Below are positions 18,915-28,086 of a DNA stretch of 64,000 bases, in pieces. Source of the stretch: an uncultured Planctomycetales bacterium (GTDB taxonomy: Bacteria > Omnitrophota > Gorgyraeia > Zapsychrales > CAYRXT01). The notes below the pieces were generated by a model. It was given only the letters and a program-made list of their open reading frames with translations. It was not told the origin of the DNA and did not search any database. The position numbers were made by a program, and so were the translations under genes. Each line of letters begins with the position of its first letter. Position 1 is the first letter of the stretch. The stretch lies in assembly GCA_964428315.1 (NCBI GenBank), contig CAYRXT010000008.1, forward strand, positions 6,140 through 70,139. The letters run 5' to 3'.

Positions 18915-19724
18915 TTAATCCTTTTTTTGCGCCAGGATTTCAAGATTATAGGCAAGCGTGCCGTAGGGAACGCGTCCGTCGATGTTCATGAGATTGACGA
19001 TACCTTTGAACAGAAAAGGATTGGGCCACACGCGGATCAGGACCGAGCGGAACAGGGCCAGGACAGGAAAAAGGAGAAGCCCGCCGCGGTGGACCCGCTG
19101 TATTTGAAAGCCCCCTTCCAGCGCCTCCCTCACTTCCTTGACGGAAAAATGGGGATGCCATTCAAGGTTGTCCGTGAACTGCGTGTTTTGATACCGGAAG
19201 ACCCTGCGCTCGATGAAACGGAAAAGACCGGGCAGAAACCGTTTGAAACGCACTTTGAGGTTGAAGGTGTCCAGGAAGGCGAATGCCCCCTTGTTGGGAG
19301 TGGACAGGATCAGAAGGCCTCCGGGCCTGAGGATCCGGTGGACCTCGCCGATCAACGCCGGACGGTCTTCGACGTGTTCATAGACTTCAAGCATGACTAC
19401 GGCGTCAAAGGAGTTGTCGTCAAAAGGCAGGGAACCGCCCTCGAGGACATGGAAATGGAGATGCGGATAACGGGCGCGCGCGGCCTCGATATGGTTCCGG
19501 TTGACATCGGCTCCGTGCGCTACCCGGGCCTTGTCTGCGATCCGTTTCGTGAAATAGCCGCTTGAACAGCCGATCTCAAGAATAGAATCGAGCCCCGCCG
19601 GGAGCCACCGGTAGGCAACCATGGCCTGCACGGTCGTGTAATCGGAATAAATATCTTCGAGGGACGACCGGCTGTCCGCTGTCTTGCTCTCGGTCGTTGT
19701 CATGAGGACCTCTTTTTGCGCCAT
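18915..19724 (-). CDS. class I SAM-dependent methyltransferase
   Basis: LEIGCSSGYFT motif I and DAVVMLEVYEHV motif. Confidence 0.8.
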   Translation of the reverse strand: MAQKEVLMTTTESKTADSRSSLEDIYSDYTTVQAMVAYRWLPAGLDSILEIGCSSGYFTKRIADKARVAHGADVNRNHIEAARARYPHLHFHVLEGGSLPFDDNSFDAVVMLEVYEHVEDRPALIGEVHRILRPGGLLILSTPNKGAFAFLDTFNLKVRFKRFLPGLFRFIERRVFRYQNTQFTDNLEWHPHFSVKEVREALEGGFQIQRVHRGGLLLFPVLALFRSVLIRVWPNPFLFKGIVNLMNIDGRVPYGTLAYNLEILAQKKD

Positions 19725-20806
19725 TGGATAAGATATTTAACGATTCTCCGGGCCGTCTTTCCGTCCCAGTACCGGGGCACGCGGCCCTTTTTCCACTGGT
19801 TATGGATAATTCGTCTGCCTTCCCGGACGATCTTCTTCGCGCTTGTGCCCACGAGCACGTTGGTGCCCGAAGTGATCGTGACGGGTCTTTCTGTGTTATG
19901 CCTGACCGTCATGCACGGGATGCCCAAGACGGTTGTCTCTTCCTGAATCCCCCCCGAATCCGTCATGACGCCTTTGGCATGTATCATAAGGTTCAGGAAA
20001 TCAAGGTAGCCAAGGGGATCGATAACCTGGAGATTCGGCATGGGAGGAAAATGCCTTTGCGAGACGATTTTCAAATATCTGGCCTGCGTACGCGGGTGCA
20101 TCGGGAAGACCATGGGCATCTCTTGCTGGAGTTTTTGTATGCCGCTCAGTATGCCGGTCAGGGCGTCCTCGGAATCGACGTTCGACGGCCTGTGCAGTGT
20201 CGCGAGGATATACCCGCGCGGCTCAAGACGCAGTTTGTTCAGGATGTCGGTCTGACGGGCCCTCTTTATATGGTGTTTGAGTGTGTCTATCATGATGTTT
20301 CCCACAAATCGGATCTTGCGCGGGGAGATCCCTTCCTTGATGAGATTGTCTCTGGCCTCGGGTGAAGTGGTGAAAAGGATATCGGACAGGCTGTCCGTGA
20401 CCAGCCTGTTGATCTCTTCGGGCATGGACCGGTCAAAACTGCGCAGACCGGCTTCGACATGGGCCACGGGGATCATCAATTTGGAGGCCACAAGGGTCGC
20501 GGCCATCGTTGAATTGACATCACCTACAACGATAACCAGGTCGGGTTTCAGCCTGAGCAGAACCTTCTCCATCTTCATCATGATCCGCGAGGTCTGCCAG
20601 GCATGGCTTCCCGAGCCCACCTCCAGGTTCATATCCGGCCGGGGGATCCGGAGCTCGCTGAAAAACAGTCTGGACATGGCGTGGTCATAATGCTGTCCCG
20701 TGTGGATCAGCGTGTGCTTAAAATGCCGGTGGCGGTTAAGTTCGCGCACAAGAGGCGCGATTTTCATAAAATTCGGCCTGGCACCGACGACACTGACGAG
20801 GTTCAT
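19700..20806 (-). CDS. wecB: UDP-N-acetylglucosamine 2-epimerase (non-hydrolysing)
   Basis: GARPNFMKIAPL, HTGQHYD, VHVEAGLRS and LVTDSLS motifs typical of WecB/MnaA. Confidence 0.9.
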   Translation of the reverse strand: MNLVSVVGARPNFMKIAPLVRELNRHRHFKHTLIHTGQHYDHAMSRLFFSELRIPRPDMNLEVGSGSHAWQTSRIMMKMEKVLLRLKPDLVIVVGDVNSTMAATLVASKLMIPVAHVEAGLRSFDRSMPEEINRLVTDSLSDILFTTSPEARDNLIKEGISPRKIRFVGNIMIDTLKHHIKRARQTDILNKLRLEPRGYILATLHRPSNVDSEDALTGILSGIQKLQQEMPMVFPMHPRTQARYLKIVSQRHFPPMPNLQVIDPLGYLDFLNLMIHAKGVMTDSGGIQEETTVLGIPCMTVRHNTERPVTITSGTNVLVGTSAKKIVREGRRIIHNQWKKGRVPRYWDGKTARRIVKYLIQWRKKRSS

Positions 20807-22005
20807 ACTTTCACTCCCAATTCTTGGTAGACAGGCAGGTACCTGCGGCAGATGGAGAGCCAGTTGCGCTGCTTTATGACGTAGTCGCGGGCCTGTTGGG
20901 CCATCTGCCCCATCCTCCCGCTGTCCTCAAGGACGTTAAGGCATTTGGACGCAAGGTCATCCACGTCGCCCGTCCTGAACAGGACGCCGTTAAAACCGTC
21001 CAGGACGAGCTCTTTGATACCACCCACACTGCTGCCGATGATCATCTTTTGCATGGCCATAGCCTCAAGGGGCTTGAGGGGCGTGACAAGTTCCGTGATG
21101 CGTTTCGATATCCTGGGATAGACAAAAACATCAATCAGGGCGTAGTATTTGTTGATCATCTCGTGCGGGATGCGGCCCGGAAGGATGACTTTATCCTGCA
21201 GGCCGAGTTCTTCCGTCATTGTTTTAAGGCGCCCCTCTTCTCTCCCGCCGCCTACGATCAGGAACCGCACGTCATCCCGGAAAGAGGTGATCTTCTCAGC
21301 AGCCTGTATCAGAAGTTCAAGGCCCTCAAAAAGGAAAAAGGTGCCGATGAACCCGAAAACCGTTTTGCCCTTAACCCCGAGCGATTCCGCCAGCCTCTCG
21401 TCTTTATGTTCCGGCTTGAAACGTTCCACCTCAACCCCGTTGGGAACGACCGTGATCTTTCCGCCGGGGATACCCCGTTCAATAAGGTCATGTTTCAAAC
21501 CCTCGCAGATGACTGTGATGTGGTCGGCTTTTCTGCAGATAGCGGTTTCCGCCCTGCGCGTCAGAAAGTAACGCAGGCTGTCTTCGCTGGTTTTTCCCTG
21601 ATCGACGGCCGCGTCTTCCCACAGGGCGCGGATTTCATAAACAAAGGGAATCCTTCGCCTGCGGGCCGCCTCCAGACCGGCCATCGCGTTGAGGACCGAT
21701 GAATGAGCGTGGATGAGTTTTGTCTTTTCATCGAGACTGGCATACAGACTTTTCTTCAGCTTCCGGAGCACAAAAAAGGGTTTCAACAAGGACATCCTTC
21801 TGGCGAGATCCCAGTTGATCGCGCCGCACGAATGGTAGTCCACGCCGTTAATGATTTCGTGGGGATGTTCGTAGGAATACACCGGTGAGCGGATGACCTT
21901 CACATCAAGCCCCAGCGCTGTCAGGGACTCGGCGATGTAACGGCTGCGCATGCTGTAGCCGCTGATGTAGGGCACGGTCTGGTCGAATATTTTAGTGACG
22001 GTCAT
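20803..22005 (-). CDS. family 4 glycosyltransferase
   Basis: GT4 C-terminal EG/E motifs. Start refined to MTVTKIFDQ with RBS GGAGA. Overlaps the upstream GT4 gene by 14 nt. Confidence 0.8.
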   Translation of the reverse strand: MTVTKIFDQTVPYISGYSMRSRYIAESLTALGLDVKVIRSPVYSYEHPHEIINGVDYHSCGAINWDLARRMSLLKPFFVLRKLKKSLYASLDEKTKLIHAHSSVLNAMAGLEAARRRRIPFVYEIRALWEDAAVDQGKTSEDSLRYFLTRRAETAICRKADHITVICEGLKHDLIERGIPGGKITVVPNGVEVERFKPEHKDERLAESLGVKGKTVFGFIGTFFLFEGLELLIQAAEKITSFRDDVRFLIVGGGREEGRLKTMTEELGLQDKVILPGRIPHEMINKYYALIDVFVYPRISKRITELVTPLKPLEAMAMQKMIIGSSVGGIKELVLDGFNGVLFRTGDVDDLASKCLNVLEDSGRMGQMAQQARDYVIKQRNWLSICRRYLPVYQELGVKV

Positions 22006-23206
22006 TGCGTTCTCCGGAGTTGTTCCACCTGCGAGGTGGAACTTGAGTTCCACCTGCGAGGTGGAACTGGTTGGCTGCCTGTACAAGATTCTCAAACAAA
22101 AGGTGCCCGTTCTCCCGCCAGCTCATGGCCTCTACCGTCTTGGCGAGGCTGTCGCGGTCGACCTTCCATCCGCAGACATCCCTCAGGGCCTTGGTGAGGG
22201 CTCCGGGATCACCGGGTTCCACGACCAGGCCTTGTTCGCCGCGTGTGACGAGGTCCGTGACGCCGCCCACCCGCGCGGCCACAACAGGCACCCCGCAGGC
22301 CATGGCCTCGAGCAGGACGTTCGGACACCCCTCATTGAGACTGGGGAGACAATACGCGTCCGCGGCGTTCATCCACAGAGGGATTTCATCATGCGGTTTG
22401 CGGCCGTGAAAACACACCCGTTCCTTGATATTCAGCGATACGCTCAGGGCCTCGAGATCCCTCCTCAGCGGACCGTCTCCGATGATGTCGAGACAGATAT
22501 CGCCGGGCAGATTCAAAAACGCCTCGATCAGATAGCGCACCCCCTTGACCGGCACGAGATTGGCGATGCACAGGACATGCCGGGAATGCGTGGTCAGCGA
22601 AAGGCGGTGACGGCATTCCACCTTGTCCATCGGCCGGAAAAGCCCGGTATCCACCCCGTTGGGCATATACCCGATTTTGGCCGGTTCAATGCCCAGCGCG
22701 GTCAGTTTTGCTTTTAAAGAACGCGATACCGCGACGACATGTTCGGCGCGGTTTAATGCGTACTTGATCATGATCCGCCTCAGTTTGTATTGCAAACCCA
22801 TGTTGATGTCCGTGCCGTGGACCTTGACCGCGAGGGGTTTCACTAACCGCCGGGCTGTTAATGCGGCGGCGAAGGCGTCCGGGTAGGCCCACGTGGCGTA
22901 GATAACGTCGAATTCAAACGACCTGCGGATTTTCCCTGCTATCCTTCGCAGGCTCAGAAAAAGTGAGATACCGTGCAGACACCGGAGGATTTTCGGGATA
23001 ACGAGGTAACGTGGATAATAGACCTCGAGACCGTTGACGGTGTCGACGGCAGGCACCTCTTTCCCGGAATAGCGGAATGCCGGCAGAGGGGCGACCACCT
23101 TGACCTCGGCATGGTGCTTCAGGGCGGCGATCTGCTGTTGGTTGAACATCGCCTTGACCGGTTCTTTGCGGTTCGGAAAAAGGTTTGTCACGACGAGTAC
23201 TTTCAT
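21992..23206 (-). CDS. family 4 glycosyltransferase
   Basis: GT4 fold motifs. Probable start MKVLVVTNLFP. The C-terminal about 25 aa are encoded by the palindromic repeats. Confidence 0.8.
   Translation of the reverse strand: MKVLVVTNLFPNRKEPVKAMFNQQQIAALKHHAEVKVVAPLPAFRYSGKEVPAVDTVNGLEVYYPRYLVIPKILRCLHGISLFLSLRRIAGKIRRSFEFDVIYATWAYPDAFAAALTARRLVKPLAVKVHGTDINMGLQYKLRRIMIKYALNRAEHVVAVSRSLKAKLTALGIEPAKIGYMPNGVDTGLFRPMDKVECRHRLSLTTHSRHVLCIANLVPVKGVRYLIEAFLNLPGDICLDIIGDGPLRRDLEALSVSLNIKERVCFHGRKPHDEIPLWMNAADAYCLPSLNEGCPNVLLEAMACGVPVVAARVGGVTDLVTRGEQGLVVEPGDPGALTKALRDVCGWKVDRDSLAKTVEAMSWRENGHLLFENLVQAANQFHLAGGTQVPPRRWNNSGERNDRH
22022..22067. repeat. two tandem copies of a 21-bp palindromic element GTTCCACCTGCGAGGTGGAAC (REP-like)
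   Basis: Exact direct repeat separated by 4 nt. Each copy is a perfect hairpin. Lies inside the 3' end of the upstream GT4 ORF. Confidence 0.6.
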
Positions 23207-23245
23207 GTCCGCCTTTTTGCAATAGTGCATTGGGTAAAATCAGCG

Positions 23246-23334
23246 TGTCCCCCTCCCCTTGTGGGAGGGGGCGGGGGAGGGGAAATGGCCGAGGAAAACA
23301 CCCCCACCTGACCTCCCCCATCAAGGGGGAGGAA
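23246..23334. promoter_or_regulatory. GC-rich intergenic structured region: two G/C hairpins plus a G-quadruplex-capable tract
   Basis: Hairpin CCCCCTCCC-CTTGT-GGGAGGGGG, hairpin CCTCCCCC-ATCAA-GGGGGAGG, and the tract GGGAGGGGGCGGGGGAGGGG. All lie in the 155-bp gap between two GT4 genes. Confidence 0.4.
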
Positions 23335-23385
23335 CCTAGAAGCCGCAAAAAAACTGCTTTTTCCCATTCGAGATTTCTAAGGACC

Positions 23386-24501
23386 TCATTTCTTTATGCT
23401 ATGGTAAACCCGCAGGTACTTCTCGGCCATTTGGTCCAGATGAAACATGCGCCGGGCTCTTTGTCTGGCGGCGTGCCCGAGCCCGGAAGCATAATCCGGG
23501 TTCCTCATTACGTTGATCATGCTCTCAGCCAGGGCCTCGTGATCGCCGGCAGGGGTCAGCAGTCCGGTTTCCCCATCGACTATAACCTCGGGATTGCCTC
23601 CGACCTTGGTCGCGATAACTGGCCTGGCGGCCGCCATGGCCTCGAGCAGGGTGATGGAGACGCCTTCCTGTTTGGTCGACAGGACAACGCAGTCCATGGC
23701 GCTCAGCAGAAAGGGGATCTCCCGGCGGTAACCCATGAAATCGATCCGGTCTCTCACGCCGCTGTCCCGCGCCATTGATTCCAGGTCATTCAGGAGTGGG
23801 CCGCTGCCGACAATGGCCAGGCGGGCGCAGGGACATTCCCCCGCGACATTCCGGAAGGCCCGTATCAGGGTTTCATGGTCCTTTTCCGGTGAGAGCCGGG
23901 CGATCATGCCGAATACGTACTCATCGTCCTTCCAATTAAACAGCCGGCGGTAGGATTGACGCGCGTCCGTTTGCGGGCTGTTTGCGAACCTTCCCGTGTC
24001 TATGGCGTTGTAAATGACCTCCACTTTGGATTCCCTTATGCGATTGTTCTTCAACAGTTGTCTTTTGGCGTCTTCGGAAACAGTGATGACTTTCTGCGTC
24101 ATTCCCCAGACAAGTGACGGGGCAATTAGGCCGGCACGGCCGTGTCGGGTGTTGACCGTGGCACAGCCCGCCAGTCTTCCGGCGGGAGTTCCGTAAAGCA
24201 GCGGCGCCAGATTGTGGGTATGCACAACATCGAAGCGGTTTTTGCGGATGAACCCTGCCAGCCGCCAGACGACCCTGAAATCGAAACCGTCCTTTTTCGG
24301 AAAATTGGCGACCCAGACCCCCTGTTCCTCGGCCTCCTTTTGAAGTGCCCCTTCATGTGAAAGGGTGGCCAGAACCGTCTGCACACCCTTGCCCTGGAGG
24401 GATCTGGCCAGAAGGATGGTCATCTTCTCCAGACCGCCGGGTTCCAAACTGAGGACGATATGCAGGACTTTCATGTTAAGCGTCCGCCTTGTTCTGCTCA
24501 T
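23386..24501 (-). CDS. family 4 glycosyltransferase
   Basis: GT4 motifs. Alternative start MKVLHIVLSL at 24474. Confidence 0.8.
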   Translation of the reverse strand: MSRTRRTLNMKVLHIVLSLEPGGLEKMTILLARSLQGKGVQTVLATLSHEGALQKEAEEQGVWVANFPKKDGFDFRVVWRLAGFIRKNRFDVVHTHNLAPLLYGTPAGRLAGCATVNTRHGRAGLIAPSLVWGMTQKVITVSEDAKRQLLKNNRIRESKVEVIYNAIDTGRFANSPQTDARQSYRRLFNWKDDEYVFGMIARLSPEKDHETLIRAFRNVAGECPCARLAIVGSGPLLNDLESMARDSGVRDRIDFMGYRREIPFLLSAMDCVVLSTKQEGVSITLLEAMAAARPVIATKVGGNPEVIVDGETGLLTPAGDHEALAESMINVMRNPDYASGLGHAARQRARRMFHLDQMAEKYLRVYHSIKK

Positions 24502-25861
24502 TCCCGAAATCCACCGGCACTTCGGAGATAGTCACGCGGTATTTGCCGGAATCCGTCAGGGGGATGTCTTCCACATAACGCATGTCGACGATTATATCAT
24601 GTCCGATGATCCGCCGGAGTTCTTTATCGAGAAATTCTTTTCTTTGAGCGCTCAACTCCTTTTCCCTGACCGCCTTGACCAGGATGCGGTCTTTGGACTT
24701 CTGGATGATCTGGAACTTCCTGATCTCATCGAATTCTTTCATGAGATGGGGGAAATAGACACCGGGGATGATGCGGCCGTCGGTGGTCTGGATCGAATCG
24801 AGCACCCGTCCTTCCACATCATTGATAAGCGGCAAGCCCCGGCCGCAGGCGCACCGCCTATCGTCCGAAGCGACCGCCAGGTCGCCGTTCCTGTAGCGGA
24901 TAAACGGCATGCCGTAATTATGCAGGTCCGTCACGACGATCTCGCCTGTTTCTCCCGGCCCCGCGGGCCTGCCGTCTTTAAGGACTTCGACCAGCAGATT
25001 ATCCGCAGTGAGATGAAGACCGTTATGGTGTTCGCATTCGCACGCGATGAGCATAAACTCGCGGCAGCCATAGGTATTGAAGACGTCGGCCTTGAAAACA
25101 TCCCGGAAAAGATCCCTTTGGTAGTCGAAAAGCTTCTCTGATGCGGAGATAACCGACCTGACAGGCGCGCAGCGCGCGCCCGTATCGCGGATGTATCTGG
25201 CGAAGTTGTAAAGCGGCGTGGTGTATCCCACGATTCCCGCCGGTTTGAAGCGGTTAATGGCATCGAGGCACATCTTCATATTCTCTTCAGTGAACCGGAA
25301 AGAGTTGAACGTCTTTCTTCGTCGAAGGGTATTATGAATGTTCTGCTTAAATTGTTTAAGAAACACCGGTTCACCGATGTCCGCCCCCCAGATGTAGAAG
25401 ACCTTCTGGCCGTCCTCACAGCCGGCCCAGCTGTAGCCTCGGAAGGCGGCGGCGATGCGCCATTCGTAGCTGTTGCGGTCATGGAAAAACCGCAGGGGCT
25501 CGCCCGTTGATCCGCCCGTAGATTTTGGGATGTTGGACGAAAGGTAATTCTCGGCGGCCATGGCATCCTTGTTTTTGCGGATGTCCTCTTTGGAGATGAC
25601 GGAGAGACGCCGGAAGTCTTCCAGCGAACGGATATCTTCCGGGTTCAACCCGGCCTTCTGGAATGCGTCGCGGTAATAAGGACAATGGCCGCCGGCGTGG
25701 TCCAGGAGCCTTTTCAGCTCATTCCACTGGAAGCGGGCGATCTCATCGGGTGAAAGCCACTGGGTTTCGTTCATTCTCCTTATGTAGCGGATAGTGCTGC
25801 GTCCGCGTAGACGCCCTTCATAAAGGGGATACAAGATGTTTTTGTAGAATTCCGCGTACAT
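24476..25861 (-). CDS. phenylacetate-CoA ligase-like adenylate-forming enzyme (CapK / F390-synthetase family)
   Basis: AMP-binding motif STGGSTGEP. Overall PaaK-like architecture. Confidence 0.75.
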   Translation of the reverse strand: MYAEFYKNILYPLYEGRLRGRSTIRYIRRMNETQWLSPDEIARFQWNELKRLLDHAGGHCPYYRDAFQKAGLNPEDIRSLEDFRRLSVISKEDIRKNKDAMAAENYLSSNIPKSTGGSTGEPLRFFHDRNSYEWRIAAAFRGYSWAGCEDGQKVFYIWGADIGEPVFLKQFKQNIHNTLRRRKTFNSFRFTEENMKMCLDAINRFKPAGIVGYTTPLYNFARYIRDTGARCAPVRSVISASEKLFDYQRDLFRDVFKADVFNTYGCREFMLIACECEHHNGLHLTADNLLVEVLKDGRPAGPGETGEIVVTDLHNYGMPFIRYRNGDLAVASDDRRCACGRGLPLINDVEGRVLDSIQTTDGRIIPGVYFPHLMKEFDEIRKFQIIQKSKDRILVKAVREKELSAQRKEFLDKELRRIIGHDIIVDMRYVEDIPLTDSGKYRVTISEVPVDFGNEQNKADA

Positions 25862-25864
25862 GGA

Positions 25865-27448
25865 TCACTTCTCCAGCGTTTTCAGGATTTTTGCGGGGTT
25901 GCCTGCGACAACGGCCCCTTCCGGGACATCTTCACGTACGACCGCGCGTGCACCGATAACGGCGCGGTCTCCCACCCTTACGCCCTTGAGGATGACGGCC
26001 TGCCGGGCGACCCAGACATCATCGCCGATCACCGTTGGCTTGACGTGGTCCTTATTTGGGGGCAGGTCCTGCCTTCTTTTTTCGGCCTCAAGAGGGTGTC
26101 CGTCGTTGTCGGCGATCATCGAGCCGTTGGCGATATAGCAGTGTCTGCCGACACGGATTTCACGGGCGACAAAAAAGGCGGTATTATGCGCGATAAAGGT
26201 GTGGTCGCCTATGGTCAGTTTCGGATCGTTGTAAACCTTCCGGCTGAAGGCGAAACTGGGCCGGCCCGACAGACGCACGTGGTCTCCGATGGTTATCTCG
26301 CCCTGACCCGTGATATAGGGGAGCTTTTCCATCCATAGCCCTTTGCCGACATGAGCGCACTGGCTTCTAAAAAGCGGTTCGTAATACATGAACTTGAACA
26401 GGACAATCAGGCCCTCCCGCAGAAATATATGAGCCTTATAAAGTCCTTTGAATACAGGACGCGTCAGCGTGTTCACGGGGACGCTGAAGCGGAGCATTCT
26501 CTTAACGATAATCTTGAGCATAAGACCTCCCTGCTGTTTACCGAACACGGCGCGCGGTGAATAGCGCGCGGCCTGGACAATATGATCTTGCGCGCGGGCA
26601 AGGTCGCCACTGCGGTCATACGCCCAGGCCGCGCAGAAATGCCGGTATCCGTAAGCCTGCGCCTTGATAGACGGCGAAGAAATGATCTCGTCGATGTTGC
26701 CCGCGTAGTACTTGTCGAGGACCTTCAGTTCGTTCTCGAGCATTTTACTGGCGTTTCTGATCCCGCTCATCGTGTTTTGTCCCGTCCGGACCTTGACCAG
26801 AGGTCGCTGAACAAAACGCACGGAGTAACGCCTTGCGATCCTCAGCCACATGTCCCAGTCCTCCGCGCTCTTGAGCCCTTCGTCGAACAGGCCGACAGCG
26901 TCAAAACACTCTTTCTTTATGAGGGCATTGGACCCGCCGCTGACGATGTTCTTGACGAGAAGGTTCTCGCGCAGTCTGTTCTGGTCTCCCGGATCGCGGG
27001 GGACGTTTTCCCCAAAAACGCGGCCGGTATCGTCCATCTCAAAAGACCCGCAGCTCACCAGCCCCGCGCTTTTGTCTTCGGCGAAGATCTTCATCTGCTC
27101 TTCGAGCTTGACGTTCAGCCAGATGTCGTCGGCGTCTAGGATGGCGACATACTCGCCCTTCGCTTCGCGGATACCGGTGTTGCGCGCGGCCGAAAGCCCG
27201 CGGTTCTCCTGGTAGACATACCGGATACGGTCTCGCAACGGTTCAAGGGCGTCCCTGGTGTTATCCCGGGACCCGTCATCCACAACGATGACTTCCTTTC
27301 GGGGATAGGTCTGCGACAGCGCGCTCTCCACCGCCCCGGCCACCAGCCGGCCGTGGTTGAAGGTGGGGATGATGATGGAAATGAGAGGTCGTTTGTTCAT
27401 AATCATTTTAAATGATTGGGTGCCCCAGAGACATGAAACAGGACACAA
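25865..27448 (-). CDS. bifunctional GT2 glycosyltransferase plus hexapeptide-repeat (LbH) acetyltransferase fusion
   Basis: N-terminal ISIIIPTFNH and DDGSRDNT...DADD GT2 domain. C-terminal left-handed beta-helix hexapeptide repeats (IGDHVRL, IGDDVWV, VGDRAVIGARAVV). Confidence 0.8.
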   Translation of the reverse strand: MCPVSCLWGTQSFKMIMNKRPLISIIIPTFNHGRLVAGAVESALSQTYPRKEVIVVDDGSRDNTRDALEPLRDRIRYVYQENRGLSAARNTGIREAKGEYVAILDADDIWLNVKLEEQMKIFAEDKSAGLVSCGSFEMDDTGRVFGENVPRDPGDQNRLRENLLVKNIVSGGSNALIKKECFDAVGLFDEGLKSAEDWDMWLRIARRYSVRFVQRPLVKVRTGQNTMSGIRNASKMLENELKVLDKYYAGNIDEIISSPSIKAQAYGYRHFCAAWAYDRSGDLARAQDHIVQAARYSPRAVFGKQQGGLMLKIIVKRMLRFSVPVNTLTRPVFKGLYKAHIFLREGLIVLFKFMYYEPLFRSQCAHVGKGLWMEKLPYITGQGEITIGDHVRLSGRPSFAFSRKVYNDPKLTIGDHTFIAHNTAFFVAREIRVGRHCYIANGSMIADNDGHPLEAEKRRQDLPPNKDHVKPTVIGDDVWVARQAVILKGVRVGDRAVIGARAVVREDVPEGAVVAGNPAKILKTLEK

Positions 27449-27478
27449 GATGTTTAAAACAATTTAAATAGCGCCAAT

Positions 27479-27833
27479 CTAAACTGTCTGCATAAATTTC
27501 CAAAGCAACTTTCCTGTATCCATGCGCTTTGCAGATAAATGGCAATAATCCTCTTTTGTTAAATAACCGATCTCATAAGAAAAATCTATGAGATATTCCG
27601 TTTCTGCTAATGAACCCAATCCGATAGACAAAAATTGTTTAAATTCCTTTTTGCTTCTACTTGCATAGCCTTCGACCAAGTTTAAGGGTACTGACAAAGC
27701 AGATCGTCTAAATTTGTGATGTTAAGCCATAGATTTCTTCTTTGGGAAATTTTAATGAGATTTTGTATACCTCTTTTGCTAAAAGATCTGCCTTTTGCCA
27801 AACAATCAATTTCCTGTAACCAGCTCCCCCCAT
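27479..27833 (-). pseudogene. four-helix-bundle protein (TIGR02436 / 23S-rRNA-IVS-protein family), disrupted by a +1 frameshift
   Basis: N-terminal frame reads MGGAGYRKLIVWQKADLLAKEVYKISLKFPKEEIYGLTSQI then stops at TAG. The continuation RRSALSVPLNLVEGYASRSKKEF... is in another frame. Removing one T from the run at about 27712 restores the frame. Confidence 0.65.
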
Positions 27834-27887
27834 GACGATTTCTCCTTTTTTGTCTTGTCTCTTGTACGCCGGGTGCCGGGGCGCGCG
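27823..27887. repeat. 65-bp direct repeat copy 1; contains the RBS and start codon of the four-helix-bundle pseudogene
   Basis: Near-identical to 28019-28083, with a few mismatches. Confidence 0.6.
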
Positions 27888-28018
27888 GTATTACGTTGTT
27901 CTCTTCGCTCCGGTCTCGCTGGTCTGTTCCGTCCTCTCCTCTCTGTTCTTCGGGCTATTCATTCGACATTGGACGTTGATTTGTCATTCGCCATTTGTCA
28001 TTGTTTATTTGACTCCCG

Positions 28019-28083
28019 GCTCCCCCCATGACGATTTCTCCTTATTTGTCTTGTATCTTATGCGCCGGGTGCCGGGGCGCGCG
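28019..28083. repeat. 65-bp direct repeat copy 2, immediately after the GT4 stop codon
   Basis: Contains the same AAGGAGAAATCGTCATGGGGGGAGC segment followed by only a 25-codon ORF. Confidence 0.6.
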
Positions 28084-28086
28084 AAA

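Noticed and set aside
27795-28031. Plus-strand ORFs starting with MTISPF... inside both 65-bp repeats
   Set aside because: These arise from the antisense of the four-helix-bundle gene start region. The minus-strand reading gives a recognisable family N-terminus with an RBS.
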